The notes under the pieces were generated by a model. That model searched no databases. It had not been told where the DNA came from and saw only the letters and a program-made list of their open reading frames with translations. The position numbers were made by a program, and so were the translations under genes. Of a DNA stretch of 64,000 bases, positions 49,492 to 63,377 are shown one piece after another (the first letter of the stretch is position 1; the number at the start of each line of letters is the position of its first letter). This DNA is from Azolla caroliniana (taxonomy: Eukaryota > Plantae > Polypodiophyta), in assembly GCA_043228905.1 (NCBI GenBank), contig JBHGNT010000015.1:6820001-6884000 (forward strand). Direction: 5' to 3'.

Positions 49492-52400
49492 CGTTGAGAA
49501 TCAAACTCAACCTAAGTCTAGTGTGTGAACACACCTTTTCTTGAGAATGTATGAACAGTCAAAGGTCAAAGGTCACCACTGCTACCTTCTAACATTAATT
49601 ATGTGTCATAGAATCATATTCTATGACAGATAACTAATGAGTTTCCACATTCCTCATGACACATGAGCTTCTATAGCTGCTAGAGAGTGAATGAATGGTT
49701 TAATGAGAGGGTGATATTATATAAAGCACCCTCCTACTTTGTAACAGTCTGGTTAATCTCCCTTGTAATGTTATTATCTTTGTACTTGCTATTCTCTACT
49801 CCTTGTTAATATACATCTTGAGTATTCTATTTTCCTATCTATCTTGTGTTTAATCTTCTCTTCTATCTCCCACACACACACACAAACACACATCTACAGT
49901 CTATTCCGCTGCATAGAATCAAACTCGATTCTTTACATGGTATCAGAGCGATTTGGTAGCTCAACCTAGCTCATCCTCATGTGTTGTGTTCTACGTCGAA
50001 GATCCAAGAAGAACCGATTCATTGCTATCGTACTGCCAATACATAGCTCGTGCCTGAGAGTGAAGAAAAAAAAGGAAATCTACATCGACCATCATGAATA
50101 CTCAAATGGGTAGCTCTCTTCCCAGCGAGAGAGTTGGATCGAAACAACTTTGCATCTTGGGAATACAAGATGCACCAATACCTTGTCGGACAAGACTATT
50201 GGGGCTACATTCAAGGAGCACAAGAAAACAAACCCGGCCCCAAGGACGCCAACTACTCAACATGGGATCAAGCGGCAAGTCGAGTGATGTATTGCTTGGC
50301 GACATTTGTCCATGACCACATGCTTGACGACATTCGGGAAGCCAAGATGTCGAAAGAAGCTTGGGAGAAACTTAAGAAAATATTCGCCACCAATACAACG
50401 ACACGAAAGCTTCAACTCCGCCAAGAGTTGAACAATGTCCAACAAAGGGACATGTCCATCACAAGCTACACCTTGAAGATCAAGGAGCTTTGTGATTCAC
50501 TTGGCTCAATAAGCATCAATGTGGAGGATGATGAGATGATGCAAATATGCATGGGTGGCCTCGCACCATGGTTCGGCGCAATGAGAACCACCATCCTAGC
50601 AAGAGAAAATCCTCCCTCTTTCTTCGATCTTCAATCAATGTTATTGGTTGAAGAAAACCATGTTCAAACTGAGAGCAACACCTCAAAATGCCACATTCTC
50701 TATACACACTCAAATAAGGGAAGAGGACGCGGTTGTGCAAGAAGAGGCCATATATAGCCAAGGATGAGGCGAACAAGGTCCGATCTATGAAAACAACTCC
50801 CATTACCGTCAAGACTAAACTCATGAGGTATGTTCGAAAAAATGGGGAGCTTCCATGCTGTACCAAGTTAGAAACACAACCCCATTGAATGCGGATATTG
50901 GGGCAAAATCGGCCACCCTAAAGAGGAGTGTCGAAAGAAGTAACGTGAGTTGGCTTCCACAAGCCGACAACTCACCAATTACACCACCAACTCAGACTAT
51001 GACGACCATGGTGGAATGTTTGTGATGAGACATAGAGCAAATTCCATGTCGGCCTCTACTTCGACTACTGCCTCCAGTCCGGAAGACGTATGGTTCGTCG
51101 ATTCCGGTGCCTCAAACCATATGACATCTCATCAAGAATTGTTTTGAGAATTGTGAGAGCCAGATCGACTCGGCTATGTCGAGACCGGAGATGATACCAC
51201 TCATCCAATATGGCACATTGGCAATGTCCCATTCGGCAAAGAAGTCAACCAGACATACATTAAAAATGTCTTGCATGTACTGACCACCATGAAGAATTTG
51301 GTCTTAGACGGCCAAATTGTGGAACAAGGCATGCAACCAATTCAACCAAGGCAGTTGCTTCATTGAGAAGGAAGGCCGACTCATCGCCATGGTTAAAGGG
51401 AAGGGTGAATGTTCATCCTCAAGTCAAACGAGGTAAAATCGGTCATGTTCACAAAAGGCCATAAAACTGACGCCGACATTGAATTGTGGCACAAAAGAAT
51501 GAACCACATCAATATCCAAAAGTTGAAGGGGATGCAATAAAAAGGAGTCGTCATTGGACTCCCTACATTTAAAGAAAAGGAAATCAATGGAGTATGTGAA
51601 GCTTGCCAATTCGGCAAGCAACATTGACACCCATTCCCGAAATAGAGGAACATGAGCAAAGGCCTATTCGACGTAATCCACTAAGATGTGTGGGGACCTG
51701 CTTAGATGACAACATTCGGAGGATGTCGATACTATGTTACCTTTATCGACGACTTTTCCAGGCACACCTGGATCTTCCCCATGAGATAGAAGAGTGAAGT
51801 GTTCACACACTTCCAAATTTCAAAAGTGGAGTAAAAAAGGAAACATGTCGTCATGTTAGATGCCTTTGGTCGGATGGAGGAAAAGAGTACTTCTCCAACT
51901 TATCTTTGAAAAGAAGGAATTCGGGGAGAGTTTATGTGCCCACACACACAGCAACAAAACGAAAGTGGCCGAACATAAAAATCGGCACATCCTCAAAGTA
52001 GCAAGGGCCATGATGAACGAGAAGCACATGCCAAAGTCATATTGGGTTGAACCAGCATGCACATTCGTCTACCTAATGAACTGATGTACAACATCCGACA
52101 TGCATGAGGTCACCCCTCACGAGAAGTACTATGGAAAGAAGCCATATCTATCCCATGTAAGGATATTCGACTCAATTGCATTTGTGCACATTCCCAATGA
52201 AAAGTGATAAAAGCTAGATCCCAAGTTAGAGAAATGTATCCTCGTAGGATACTCACTAGAGCAAAAGGGGCACAAATGCTTCAACCCCTCTACTCGAAAG
52301 GTTCGCGTAAGTGAGGACGTAATTTTTGACAAATCAACATCTTGGTATGAACCCGATCCGACTCTACCCGAACCATTTCTAGTCGACATTGACAACACAG

Positions 52401-54411
52401 AGCATAGTGATCAACTAAGGTCAATACCCGAGGAGAGTCTGATCTCAACTAGATTGAGCAAATCACAAGAGCCTCCCAGCGAGCAAAGCATGTCACGGCT
52501 AAGTCCGAAATCGGACAAAGGAAAGGAAAAAAAGCCGGAATATGAAGACGATCAATCCGACGTCAATGAATCGGCTCACTCACTTGACCATGAGGTTGAT
52601 GGCTTTGATGTGCCTATTATGAGGAAACTTAGTGTGTAGAAAGCCATTGCCATGACAAATGAAAAACTCCAACGCGCCACCCATGAAAAGAATCGAGCTA
52701 GTCGATTTGGCTACAATGATGAGATGGCATACCGCTATGTCTTTATGATGAAGGTGGTAGTTGTTCATGAATCGGAAAGCTTTGCCGAAGCCGCTAAAGA
52801 TCTGCGATGGGTCGAAGCGATGAATGAGGAGATGCAAGCTCTTAGTAAGAACGAGACATGGGATCTCGTCCCTCACTCACCTCACAAGAAGGCAATCTAT
52901 TGTAGATGGATATTCAAGGTGAAGTATAATGTCGATGGCTCTATCAATCGCTATAAAGCCTGACTCCTAGCGAAAGGATACGCACAGACACATGGAGTCG
53001 ACTATGAAGAGACCTTTGCCCCGGTGGCAAAGATGGCAACTATTCGAACCATGATTGCACTTGACGCGGCAAAAGGATGGCACCTCCACTAGATGGACGT
53101 AAAGGATGTTTTTTTCCAAGGCGAATTAGAAGAGGTGTACATGGTCCAACCACCTGGCTTCGAATCCAACAACCATATGAAAGTAGTCTTCCGACTCAAG
53201 AAACCTGTCAACAACCTCAAAAAAACGCCCAAAGCATGGCACTCAAAGATAACACAATATCTTCATCAAATTGGCTTTAGAATGTCAAAATATGACAACT
53301 CCCTCTACGTGAGAAGTGATTCTAGAAGCCCAATTGTCATCATCCTATGCGTGGATGACCTGGTCATTGACGGGGAGCATTTAGTCGACATCTGGTTGAA
53401 GTACTTCGGACCCCAAACGACATTATGATCTCCCAATGACACTACATCCTCAACTTGTTATACAAGTTCAGGAGGACTAAGTGCAAATCTATGGCAACCC
53501 CTGTCGATCAAAACCTGAAGCTAGATGTCGACTTCAGCACAAAAGAGTATGAGCCGATTCACTATCGTCCGCTAGTCGGAAGCCTAATTTACCTTACGAT
53601 CACTTGATTCGAGCTCAGCTATTGGTCAGTCTTCTTAGCCAATTCATGCGAAATCCATGTGACATTCATTTGGATTGTGCTAAGCGAGTGTTACGATATG
53701 TGAGTGGAATGATGAACAGATGCCGTCTGGGCGGATATACAGATGTTGTTTGGGCCGACTACAAAGCTAATCAACGATCGACTTCAGGCTTCGTATTTTC
53801 AATCGGCAGTGGAGCCATATCATGGAGCAGTAAGAAGCAGCCAATTGTCGCATTGTCAAGCACAGAAGCCAAATACAAGGATGCGATTGTAGCTACATAT
53901 GAAATCATATGGCTCAAGAGGATACTTAAGGATCTGGAAGTCTCCATCAACAATCCAATCTTGCTCTACTGCGACAACCTCAACAATATCCATCTTGCTC
54001 GAAACCTCGTCTTCCATGCTCGAACAAAGCACATCGAGGTGCATCACCACTTCATCCGGGAACGTGTCATTGTAGGGGATGTCGGCCTTCAACATATCAG
54101 TACCGATCTTCAAACGGCCGACATCTTCACGAAAGCTTTGGGGACTGACAAGCTTCGGCAATTTTCGACCGAGCTTGGTCTTTCGACCTACCACTTGCCG
54201 AGCTTGAGGGGGAATGATAATTGACCTTATAGTTGACTCAGTCATGACATGGTTGAGCTTGACGGGGCGTGTTGAGAATCAAACTCAACCTAAGTCTAGT
54301 GTGTGAACACACCTTTCTTGAGAATGTATGTACATTCAAAGGTCAAAGATCACCGCTACCTTCTAATATTAACTATGTGTCATAGAATCATATTCTATGG
54401 CACATAACTAT
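49492..54411 (+). mobile_element. Ty1/Copia, decayed: 5' LTR 49492-49937, PBS, gag-pol, truncated 3' LTR from 54270
   Basis: PBS TGGTATCAGAGC at 49938, gag 50134-50757, WFVDSGASNHM, RT/RH remnants, PPT GACGGGGCG. The LTR start GTTGAGAATCAAACTCAACCTAAG is repeated at 54270. Confidence 0.93.
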
Positions 54412-56710
54412 TGAGAGACGAGCTCAACATGGGCCGAATCGGCTGAAGAAGAAGACAGCTGAATCGGTTGGAGACTGTTTGACTAGGCCTGAATAGACTA
54501 AAGAAGTAGAGAGCTAAGAGCCGAATCAAATAGAGTACGATTCGGGTGTGCCGAGTCAGAGGGAATCTGATAGGCCATTAGGAGCCTATATTGTTAGCAT
54601 AAAAGGTCGACTCCTTCCAAATTGTATCCGTCCGAGTGTGAACTCGTTAATAAGTTAAGGCTTAGTATATAAACTAATACCTAACACTGTAGTGAGTGAT
54701 GACGAGCAGAGTATCATATCTCTGAGAAAGAACGAAGTAATAAGAAGCTCCCCATTAAAGCTCCATCTGTGTGTAAGTCTCCACGCCTATTCTATTTTCT
54801 GTATGTGTTGTTTGCTATCCAGTACCGACTATAGATCCATACACATTTTCCGCACATAGCACTCGTACCCCACAACTGGTATCAGAGCCGAACCTTTGTT
54901 GTTCAGCGGCAATAGACAATAGAAGAAGCTAAAAGAAAAGACCAGGTCAGAAATCTCAAGTTCACAAACAGAATATGGCTTCAACATCCGGAACATTAGT
55001 TGAAATTAGAAAATTCGACGACAAAAACTTTGCCTTGTGGAAGGAGATGATGCAGGATGTGCTAATCATTCAAAGATAGGTCGAAGCCATTTGGCACAAT
55101 GAAAAACCTGCTTCAATGACAGCCGAGGAGTGGAGATCAATGGACGAAATCGCACGCTCCACCATCCGAATGCATCTGGCAAAAAATGTCTATTTCAGCA
55201 TGGCGAAAGAGACGACAACGTTCTCATTGTGGGAGAAGCTACATGCCATCTATGAGAAGAAGTCCTCATCTTCGAAATTGATCTTGATCAAACAATTGTT
55301 CAACATGAAGATGAAAGAGACTGATTCGGAAACCTCCCACATCAACACCTTTAGCCGAGTGTTGTTAGAGCTCTCGTCACAAGGGATCAACTTCGAAGAA
55401 GAAGTGAAATCCCTTGCCCTCCTATCGAGCTTGCTGGCGAGCTGGGAGATATTCTATACGACTTACGCCAATAGCCGACCGATCCTAAATTTGGATGAAA
55501 AAATCGGCCAAATCCTCACAGAGGACATTAGGCGAAAATCGATGGGACTAACCATCAATGGTCAGTAGAAGCCCATCACTAGACCGAGTCATTCGACCGA
55601 AAGAATCAACGAAAGAACAAGCCCACAGAACCAGTCGACGCTATAGTCGATCGAAAATAAGGGGTGACCGACAACAATTGAAGTCGAGAATGGGTCGAAC
55701 AAGTGAGTATTGCACACACTGCAGGAAATCTGGCCACAATGTTTCCGACTGCTGGTCAATAAAAGGAAAAAAGAGTGGTCGGCGATCCGAGCGGAATCGG
55801 GGACGTTCCGACTCGGACCACTCTCCAGTTGACAACCAGATCAATGTTGCCGACACCCGATCCGGAGAAATCCTCTCCCTAGAGGATTCGATGATCGGAG
55901 AAGTCCTCTATAGTGCACAAGTTGCACACACGTGGCTACTAGACTCTGGTGCCACATTTCACGTGACCCCCAACGTTGAATGGTTCTCGAACTATTCAGC
56001 TGACACCAATGGTACAATCTGACTGGGAAACGGGCAAGAGTGCAAGATAGCCGGAACCGGGGAGGTTCCCATCATATTGCCAAATGGCAACACAATAACC
56101 TTGCACCGAGTTCGACACGTACCCGATCTAAAGAGGAGTCTGGTCTCCATCGGCATGTTAGCCGAAGACGGGTATTGAACGACTCTACACGACTTGACAT
56201 GGGTGATCAGTCGAGGAAATCTCAAAATTAGTAGTAACCGAGGAATATGCATGGCCGGGTCTTCGGATCTAGTTTTCCTCTCCGGTCCTTAGCTACATGC
56301 ACATACGCAAGACACCCAAATACCTTAAAATGCCGATAGGACACTTCCTTACCGATCTAGACTCTCTGTGGCGTGTCTCTGTCCAAGGGTACTGAGGGTG
56401 ATCTGTTTATCACATATGTCGCCGTCGACAGTGCCTCAACCCAAAACTTCTTGGGTAGTTTTGCATGCGCCAACATACTCCGGACCCTCTCCATTATAGT
56501 CCGGTTCATCCTCTCGGCCAACCGTTTAGTTCCGGCGTCTTCGACACGGTAAATTCGAGCCGGATTCCCTTTGAGCGACAGTACTCCTCGAACTGCCCCC
56601 GGTATTCACCTCCGTTGTCTGTTCGAACTGCCTTTAGCTTCCTACCGGTTTCTCTTTCCACTCTCGCGTGGAGCTCTTTGAAGACGGATAACACCTGATC
56701 CTTCATCTTC
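54412..56710 (+). mobile_element. Second Copia inserted in the preceding 3' LTR: LTR 54412-54874, PBS, gag-PR, then an inverted integrase piece
   Basis: PBS TGGTATCAGAGC at 54877, gag 55116-55568, CTHCRKSGH, WLLDSGATFH. Integrase RTDNGGEY and KLDPKTRPCIFLGY lie on the minus strand at ~56232-56710. Confidence 0.88.
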
Positions 56711-57016
56711 AACGGTGTGCTGCAAAATCTCGTCTGCAACCACATTATGAGTCCACCTATAAAAAGATATCCAACTGCCTTGCAACGATGAATGTTTGAT
56801 CTTCAACAAACGATCAACTGTAAACTCCAAATGATAACATCCTTTGCCCATGAATTGGATGTCCACAATACTACTGATTTCTTCTAGGAAGGATGCGTAC
56901 AACATTCGATGCAACTCAGGCCTATTCGGCCTTGATCCTTCCATATGCGCCACCAGAGAGACCGCCTCCAGCCGCTCTACTTCTACCAACACAATGGTCC
57001 TATCATAATCTAACAA
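56711..57016 (-). mobile_element. LINE ORF1-like (DUF4283-like) fragment
   Basis: SLVAHMEGSRP..DIQFMGKGCYHLEF..ISFYRW resembles the N-terminal domain of plant L1 ORF1. Confidence 0.5.
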
Positions 57017-57273
57017 GGAGAGTGAGATGAACTTACCTCAAATATGGGGAGAGGTAGAAGGTGGATCGAGAGGAGTTGCACCGAAACCCCCTTTGTGCAT
57101 CGAATCAGATATCCATCTTTGTTCAGTCATTGCTCCTCTCTCTTTATTTACTGCTGCTCCTCGCTCTCTAACTCCCAAGTTAATTTTATGGTTGTCATTG
57201 CCAGGTCGCTTGCTTTATGGGTTGGATGAATCCATTTTCAAATGTTTATCTATTTCTTCTTTGACAGGAGCCG

Positions 57274-57525
57274 CTAGTTTGGATTCATGTGATAACGTTG
57301 CTGTTGGATGGGCTTCATGTCTGTCGCAAGGTTAATCTCGTGCTGGTGGAATTTCAGATCCAACCCTTTCATATCTTGGTGGGACCATGCGAACACATCT
57401 TTATATTCGTGTAGTAATTTGATCATGGTCGCCTTTCCCGAAGGTAGTAAATCCTTCGCAATCGAGAGGGGTCGCAATGTGTCGGAAGTTCCAACATTGA
57501 TCTCTTCCAGTGCTGACACCGTGAC
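57274..57525 (-). mobile_element. Ty3/Gypsy (Tat-like) pre-RT fragment
   Basis: LLHEYKDVFAWSHQDMKGLD..HEINL..KPIQQQRYHMNP. Confidence 0.75.
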
Positions 57526-57529
57526 ACGT

Positions 57530-58657
57530 TGTCGTGAAGATTTTCGGCAATGGTGTGAAAATCACATAAAACATACGAAATCGAGTATGAATCATATAAA
57601 ACAATAATAATGAAAATAATATTTTAAATAAGTTTAATATCTTAGTGCAAAAAGATGGAGGTCTTCAAGAGCTTTCGAATACACTTTACTACATAAGAAA
57701 CGGACATCTAAGTCTCAAGTTATGTGGGTAGGAAGTTTGCAAAGAAAAAGAGAAGGATAAAACTGTGAGATATCCCACATAGACAGGACAAATAAGGATC
57801 TCACCATATATAAGGCAAAGCAAAAGCTATTATCTTTGTGTTTATGTGTGGAGCATAGAGAGTTCAAGGTGACTTAAACTAAGATAATTGGATGAGTGTG
57901 TGTGGCCTAGTTACTTGTAAGGTTTTTGGCCAACCAAAACTGGTGGCAATCGGCGATGGAGCCGGTGAGCCGGCAACGGCTGCGAAACCGGTGATCGGCA
58001 AGCGACTTCGGATGCGGACCGAACTGGATCGGGATGCGGACTGGGCCGGACCAAACGAATGCAAATCGGACGGATCGGTTGGGTCGGTTGATCGCGGTGC
58101 ATGGTGTCTTAAAGATATTTGGTCCAAAAGCCTAATAGTATTTTGTGCATAAAAGAAAAACATCTAAGCAAGACTCGAACTTTGCACCTCCAAGATAGCA
58201 GACAATAGACTTACCACTAGACTATGTCATTTCTTTAAAAATATTTTTCCTATCATTATAGTTTTACATGTAAATTCTCATATTAGAGCTTGATTGAGTG
58301 ACATGTGATGCATGAGCGCCAAATGGCAAACATGCATCACATGCATTCCATGCATTGTATGCATGTCTTGTACCCTCACATGCATCATATGCATGGGAGC
58401 ATTTATAAAAGGATGGATGAAAAAGATCAAAGAGAGTGATGTATTAATCAAGAAATTAAAAGTAAGAAAATTCGTCATCCAATTGATGTATCAATCTTGT
58501 TCTTCAATTCTAAAATCAAGAGTTCAATCTTAATCTCTCTCTCAATCTAAACTCAAGCGTTCTATCCTATCTCAATCTCTGTCTCTTTTAATCTATCTTA
58601 AATCCTTTCTCGCTAAAGCTAGTGCGTACTTCGAGTCCTTTCAGTCCAGAACCCCTA
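57530..58657 (+). mobile_element. Probable solo LTR, related in inverted orientation to 59900-60992
   Basis: Begins TGTCGTG. 57620-57790 is similar to the reverse complement of 60780-60960 (GAGATATCCCACATAG, GTCTTCAAGAG). No TSD confirmed. Confidence 0.55.
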
Positions 58658-61370
58658 CGGTTCTGCCTCACGATCCACACATAGTGATGGATCTTCACCA
58701 CAACATCGGGAAATCTCCATCTCTTGCTCGAATGCTTCTTGCACCCTACGGAGTTCCATGAGTGCTTCCATGTCCAGTTCGCATTCTTCGTCTCCGGCTA
58801 TCATCGGAGTGGTATAAACCCTCGCGGTTTTGATGATGTCTATGTCGAACAAGGGGGCAATGCGAGGGTTGTCTTGCAAATAATTTTCTAATTCCTCATC
58901 GTCTAGTCCCTCTGATAGGCTTTTGTGAGTGGTGCACTTTCCTGCGTCGGCACCCAAATCTTTGCTCTGCCTCAGCAAAAGCTGATGTTGTTGTATTGCA
59001 AATTCTGCTTGATGTTCGCTGAGCGCAACCATGGTCTTCCTCGTACTAAGGGCTATGCTCCCGGCGTGTCAACCATGGTCTTCCTAGTAGCACTACCGCC
59101 ACGATTTCGAACATATGTCCGCCGATTACGATCGCTAATTTGTGCAACAATCTTAATGGACAAATGGATCGGGTATCCGCCATGTGTAACCAGAATGGGC
59201 ATGCTTCCCACTTTGCGATGCCCAGGCAATTGCAAGTGGCTTTGCTGATGACATTAAAGCCAGATCCGCCTTCGATGATGCAACCCGAAATTTCTTCCCC
59301 TTGTAGGATGACCTTAATGGCCGGGTTATGGTGGTCTACCATTGTCGGCTCTATTGCTGATTCGGAAAAATTGGTAGGAATAATGACCTGGTCTGCCTTG
59401 CGTAGCCGAAACCTAGGGACTAAATTCAACGTGTTATTCATCGTCATTATGATTTGGCAAACGGTGAGATCTTGCCATATCGGGTCGTCTTGTGTCCCAG
59501 TGTCCTTGGTTCATGATGGCAGCGCTTCGGTTGTTCAATCCTTGCACATCCGTTCGACATTTGCCTTGTTAGCTTTTTCGACCCAGGCTTTCATGGCTTT
59601 GCAAATGTCGTCTTGGGCTTCCCAATCGGTTGCCTTTGTGTGGCTTTGGGTGGTCACTTGTTGAACCTCCATGGTGATCGTACTGACTGTCGATTCCTTC
59701 CCTTTGTCATGTTGTGGGCACTAGGTCATGTAGTGCCCTGGCTGTTGGCATATAAAACAATGCACGTTGGACTTGCCTCTTGCTACTACTAGTGGAGCCA
59801 CTAGCTCAGGCTGCTGTGTCTTAGGCTTATTGCATGGTCACGATTGGTACTGGTAGTGCCGCGTGTTGCGGGATTTCCTGCGGTAGTCACGTCAGTTGTT
59901 ATTGTTTAGTTCGCGTTGTCGCGAAAATACGACGAAGACATGTGAACTTCAGGCAGGACCCCGGGGCCTCCGACCAGAGGATATAAAATTCGTGCATTTA
60001 TACTTTAAGAATTAACGGAAACGAGAAAATTTAATAAATTTCATTAAGAAAGGGAAAGAAAAATTACAATCTATCCCAAGATTGGGATTATAGAAGCTTA
60101 GATTTAAAGAGATTAATAGATAAGAAAAATTAGGGTGTATATTTTTTTAGAGATATCTTCCGATAGGAAAATTAGGGTTTATATGACAGATAGCTTTCAT
60201 AAGGAAAATTAGGGTTTATGAGAGATAGTTTTCATAAGGAAAATTAGGGTTTATGTGAGAGATAACTTTTGTAAGGAAAATTAAGGTTATTGAGAGATAA
60301 CTTCCGTAAGGAAAACTAGGGTTTATGGCTCTGATAAAAAAATTAGGGTTTTTTCCCCCAAAAGATGGCTTCGATCCCCTAAGGACCATTAGGCTCTATG
60401 GATGGAGCATCGAGAGCTAGCTTTTCTCCTCCCTTCTCGCACTTGCATGAAGGAACTCTAGTTTCCATCTTTAGTTCAATTGCATGCATCCACATGACCT
60501 TTACTTTACAAAATGTTTGACTTTAGTTGCATGCATTCACATAACGTTTACTTTACTTTACTTTAGTTCGCCGCATGATCCGTCCGGCCTAGTTCCGTTG
60601 CCGTCGGTCCGGTTCCGGTTCCGTCGCCGTCCAGTCCGTCCAAAACCATTAGCAATAATTAAGCCACATCCATCCATTTGGACAATGTAACCCAAGTCCA
60701 ACCTTGTACATTTTGTGCTTCACTCATAGACATAATGTAATAGGTTCTATCTCTCCTTATATACTCTGGGATCCAATGTTGTGCTATCTATGTGGGATAT
60801 CTCACAATTTTGTTTTCCTCTTCTTCTCAAACTTCACACACACGTAACTTAATACTTGTTTATCCGTTTCATGTGTAGTAAAATGTGTTATGAATCTCTT
60901 GAAGACATCTATCTTTCCATATCAAACCATTAAGATAATCTTAAATAATTATTTTACTAGTTTTCATATCGTGTGTGAAAAACCACACGACAATGCCAGA
61001 CTTCCTCCGAACTGTCGTCGTGTGGGTGTACACCCACGGTTCGGCTTGCCCACCTCTATCTGGTGGGACATCATCAACAATGGCACTCGGTGGGGTTGAA
61101 TCAAGGTTCTAGGATTCGAAGAAATGTTGCATCAAGTGTTCAAAAACACTATTGTTATGAACCTCAGATTTACATGCTGGGTCGAGTATTTCATGGCTTT
61201 TCACAACGTTTCCTAATTCAATACAATATTCCAAAAGAATAGGGTGAAGCAGATCTGAAGGAGATGTGATAGCAAGACTCTCACTTTCAGTCATTTTGCC
61301 AGCTATCTCCTCATTGGTTGCGGTGTCATCGGCACTAGACACCTCATGCAACCTCCTTAATCCACGAGAT
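58658..61370 (-). mobile_element. Ty3/Gypsy gag-protease remnant, interrupted by an LTR-like insert (~59861-60992)
   Basis: Zinc knuckle CFICQQPGH..CP (~59715-59765), protease GCIIEGGSGFNVIS, LLGRPWL. The insert ends ..CACGACA and contains GGAAAATTAGGGTTT repeats at 60120-60350. Confidence 0.7.
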
Positions 61371-61384
61371 TCTACAACAACATG

Positions 61385-62052
61385 TTAGCTAATTAGCGAC
61401 TTCTCTTTAACCAATTAGCTACTATACCACTCTTAATACTGCTTAGCTAATTAGCGACTATACTTTAGTTTGCTAGTAGCTAATTAGCTACACTCATGAT
61501 ACTTCTTAGCTAATTAGCTACTACACTATAGATTGGCAGTAGCCAATAAATTACCACTCTTGATAGTACTTAGCTAATTAGCTACTATACTTAGTTTGGA
61601 GGTAGCTAATTAGCTACACTCACGATACAACTTAGCTAATAAGCTATATCATAGCTAATTAGCTACTATACTTTAGTTTGCTAGTAGCTAATTAGCTACA
61701 CTCATGATACTGCTTAGCTAATTAGCTACAACTTAGCCAATTAGCTACTACATTATAGATTGGCAGTACCTAATAAGCTACCAATCTTGATACTGCTTAG
61801 TTAATTAGCTAATTAGCTACAACTTAGCTAATTAGCTATTATATTTTAGTTTGGTAGTAGCTAATAAGCTACCACTTTTGATACTACTTAGCTAATTAGC
61901 TACTACACTATAGATTGACAGTAGCTAATTAGCTACCACACTTTATACTACTTAGCTAATTAGCTACTAAACTACAGAACCACAATAGCTAATTAGCTAC
62001 CACACTTTATATTGCTCAACTAATTAGCTATGTTGTAACTAATAAGCTACTA
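61385..62052. repeat. Array of the palindrome TAGCTAATTAGCTA (more than 20 copies, ~30/63-nt periodicity)
   Basis: Read directly from the sequence. Confidence 0.95.
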
Positions 62053-62075
62053 CACTATAGAGACAAGCAGTAAAT

Positions 62076-63377
62076 TTATACTGTTTGTTTTCTCCACTCA
62101 TAAGGGAGAGTTGTATTGCAATCCCCCAAACATACTGTAGAAGTGTGACATGCACATGCAAAACAAGCGATATGGTTTGTATGCTGGCATGGTCGTAGGT
62201 GTACTAGTAGGGTAGCAGTTTTGTCCTCTAGGGCTAAGCCGCAAGCGATGGAACCTGCTTGAATAGTCAATATATTGTTGCCTGGTTCTCCTACTTTTGG
62301 TAAGGGAGCAAGAATGTTGAGGTCCAATTCTTGCCTACACCTTACCCCTCCACAAATTCTAGCTGCTTCTTAAGGCAGCTAACTACGTGTTCTTGATTTG
62401 TGTATTGTTCCTACAATGCAACCGAAAATTTTACTGATTTATCATTCGTTAATGAGGAAGAATGAACAAGAAACAAGAATCATTAACTTAGTTGGAGGTT
62501 CTCCACATTGTTATCAACGATAGTATTAACCCCTAGAAGATCTAGGTTCATTGAAAGGATCTGAATATCCGTCCGTAGCTATATTTTACGTTGGGGATCC
62601 AACAACCCCTCAGTTTCGAGCTCATGTTGAGCAACCTGTTCCAGATAATGCCTCACTGAGCACATTTTCATGTACAAGTTATTTATAACATACTAGCAAA
62701 AAAATAGCTACCTGAATCTTGTTTCTAATTGTTGTCATTGCCAAAGTGACCTCGCTTTCCATCACAACAACCAAAGTTGCTTTCTCTAAAGCAGACTTTG
62801 TTGCCTCCAATGTCTCACTGGCTTCATGGACATTTTTCAGCATATAGCTAATCAATGTCTCACTTGTAGCATTGACATTTGCTTTCACGTTGTTTCTTGT
62901 GGCATCTCCTTGTGGGTTTGCTGGGAGTCAACAGTTGCCTCATCAACTGCCATGCTCCAAAATCGTGCCATATTTTGTTGCAAGTTCCCCATCTTCTGGC
63001 ATCGTTCTACTGACACCTCACCTACGCGAGCCCTAGCTACCCTGTACATTTTAGGGTTAGTTGCTTCCTTCGTTGTTTTGCAATACTCGTAGGCAAAGGT
63101 CTAGCAAATGCAATAGATAATTTGTTGTTGACCGGGATCTCTTGATGTACTTTTTGGTGGAGCCTCATGCAGTCGTCATACAACTGTGGTCATACATGCT
63201 TCAGCTTCACCTTGCCTTTCACTCTGGGCACTTTATAGATGACAACCAATGTATATAATTAATCAATTTATCTGTTAGCACAACATGGTCAATACCCTCT
63301 AGTGACAGACCATATACGTGGTTGAAGTCCTCATTTATCTCGCAAAACTTGGCAAAGGATATGGAGGAACGCGCCAC
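62076..63377 (-). pseudogene. Decayed spliced gene with a RING-like C-terminus, probably TE-associated
   Basis: Candidate splice sites TTTAG|63377, 62712|GTAG and CAG|62635. The last exon reads IACG..PCQHTNHIACFACAC..VCLGDC, a degenerate RING-like pattern. Stops and frameshifts are present. Confidence 0.4.

Noticed and set aside
61385-62052. CRISPR-like array
   Set aside because: The spacers are themselves repeated rather than unique, the context is eukaryotic, and there are no cas genes
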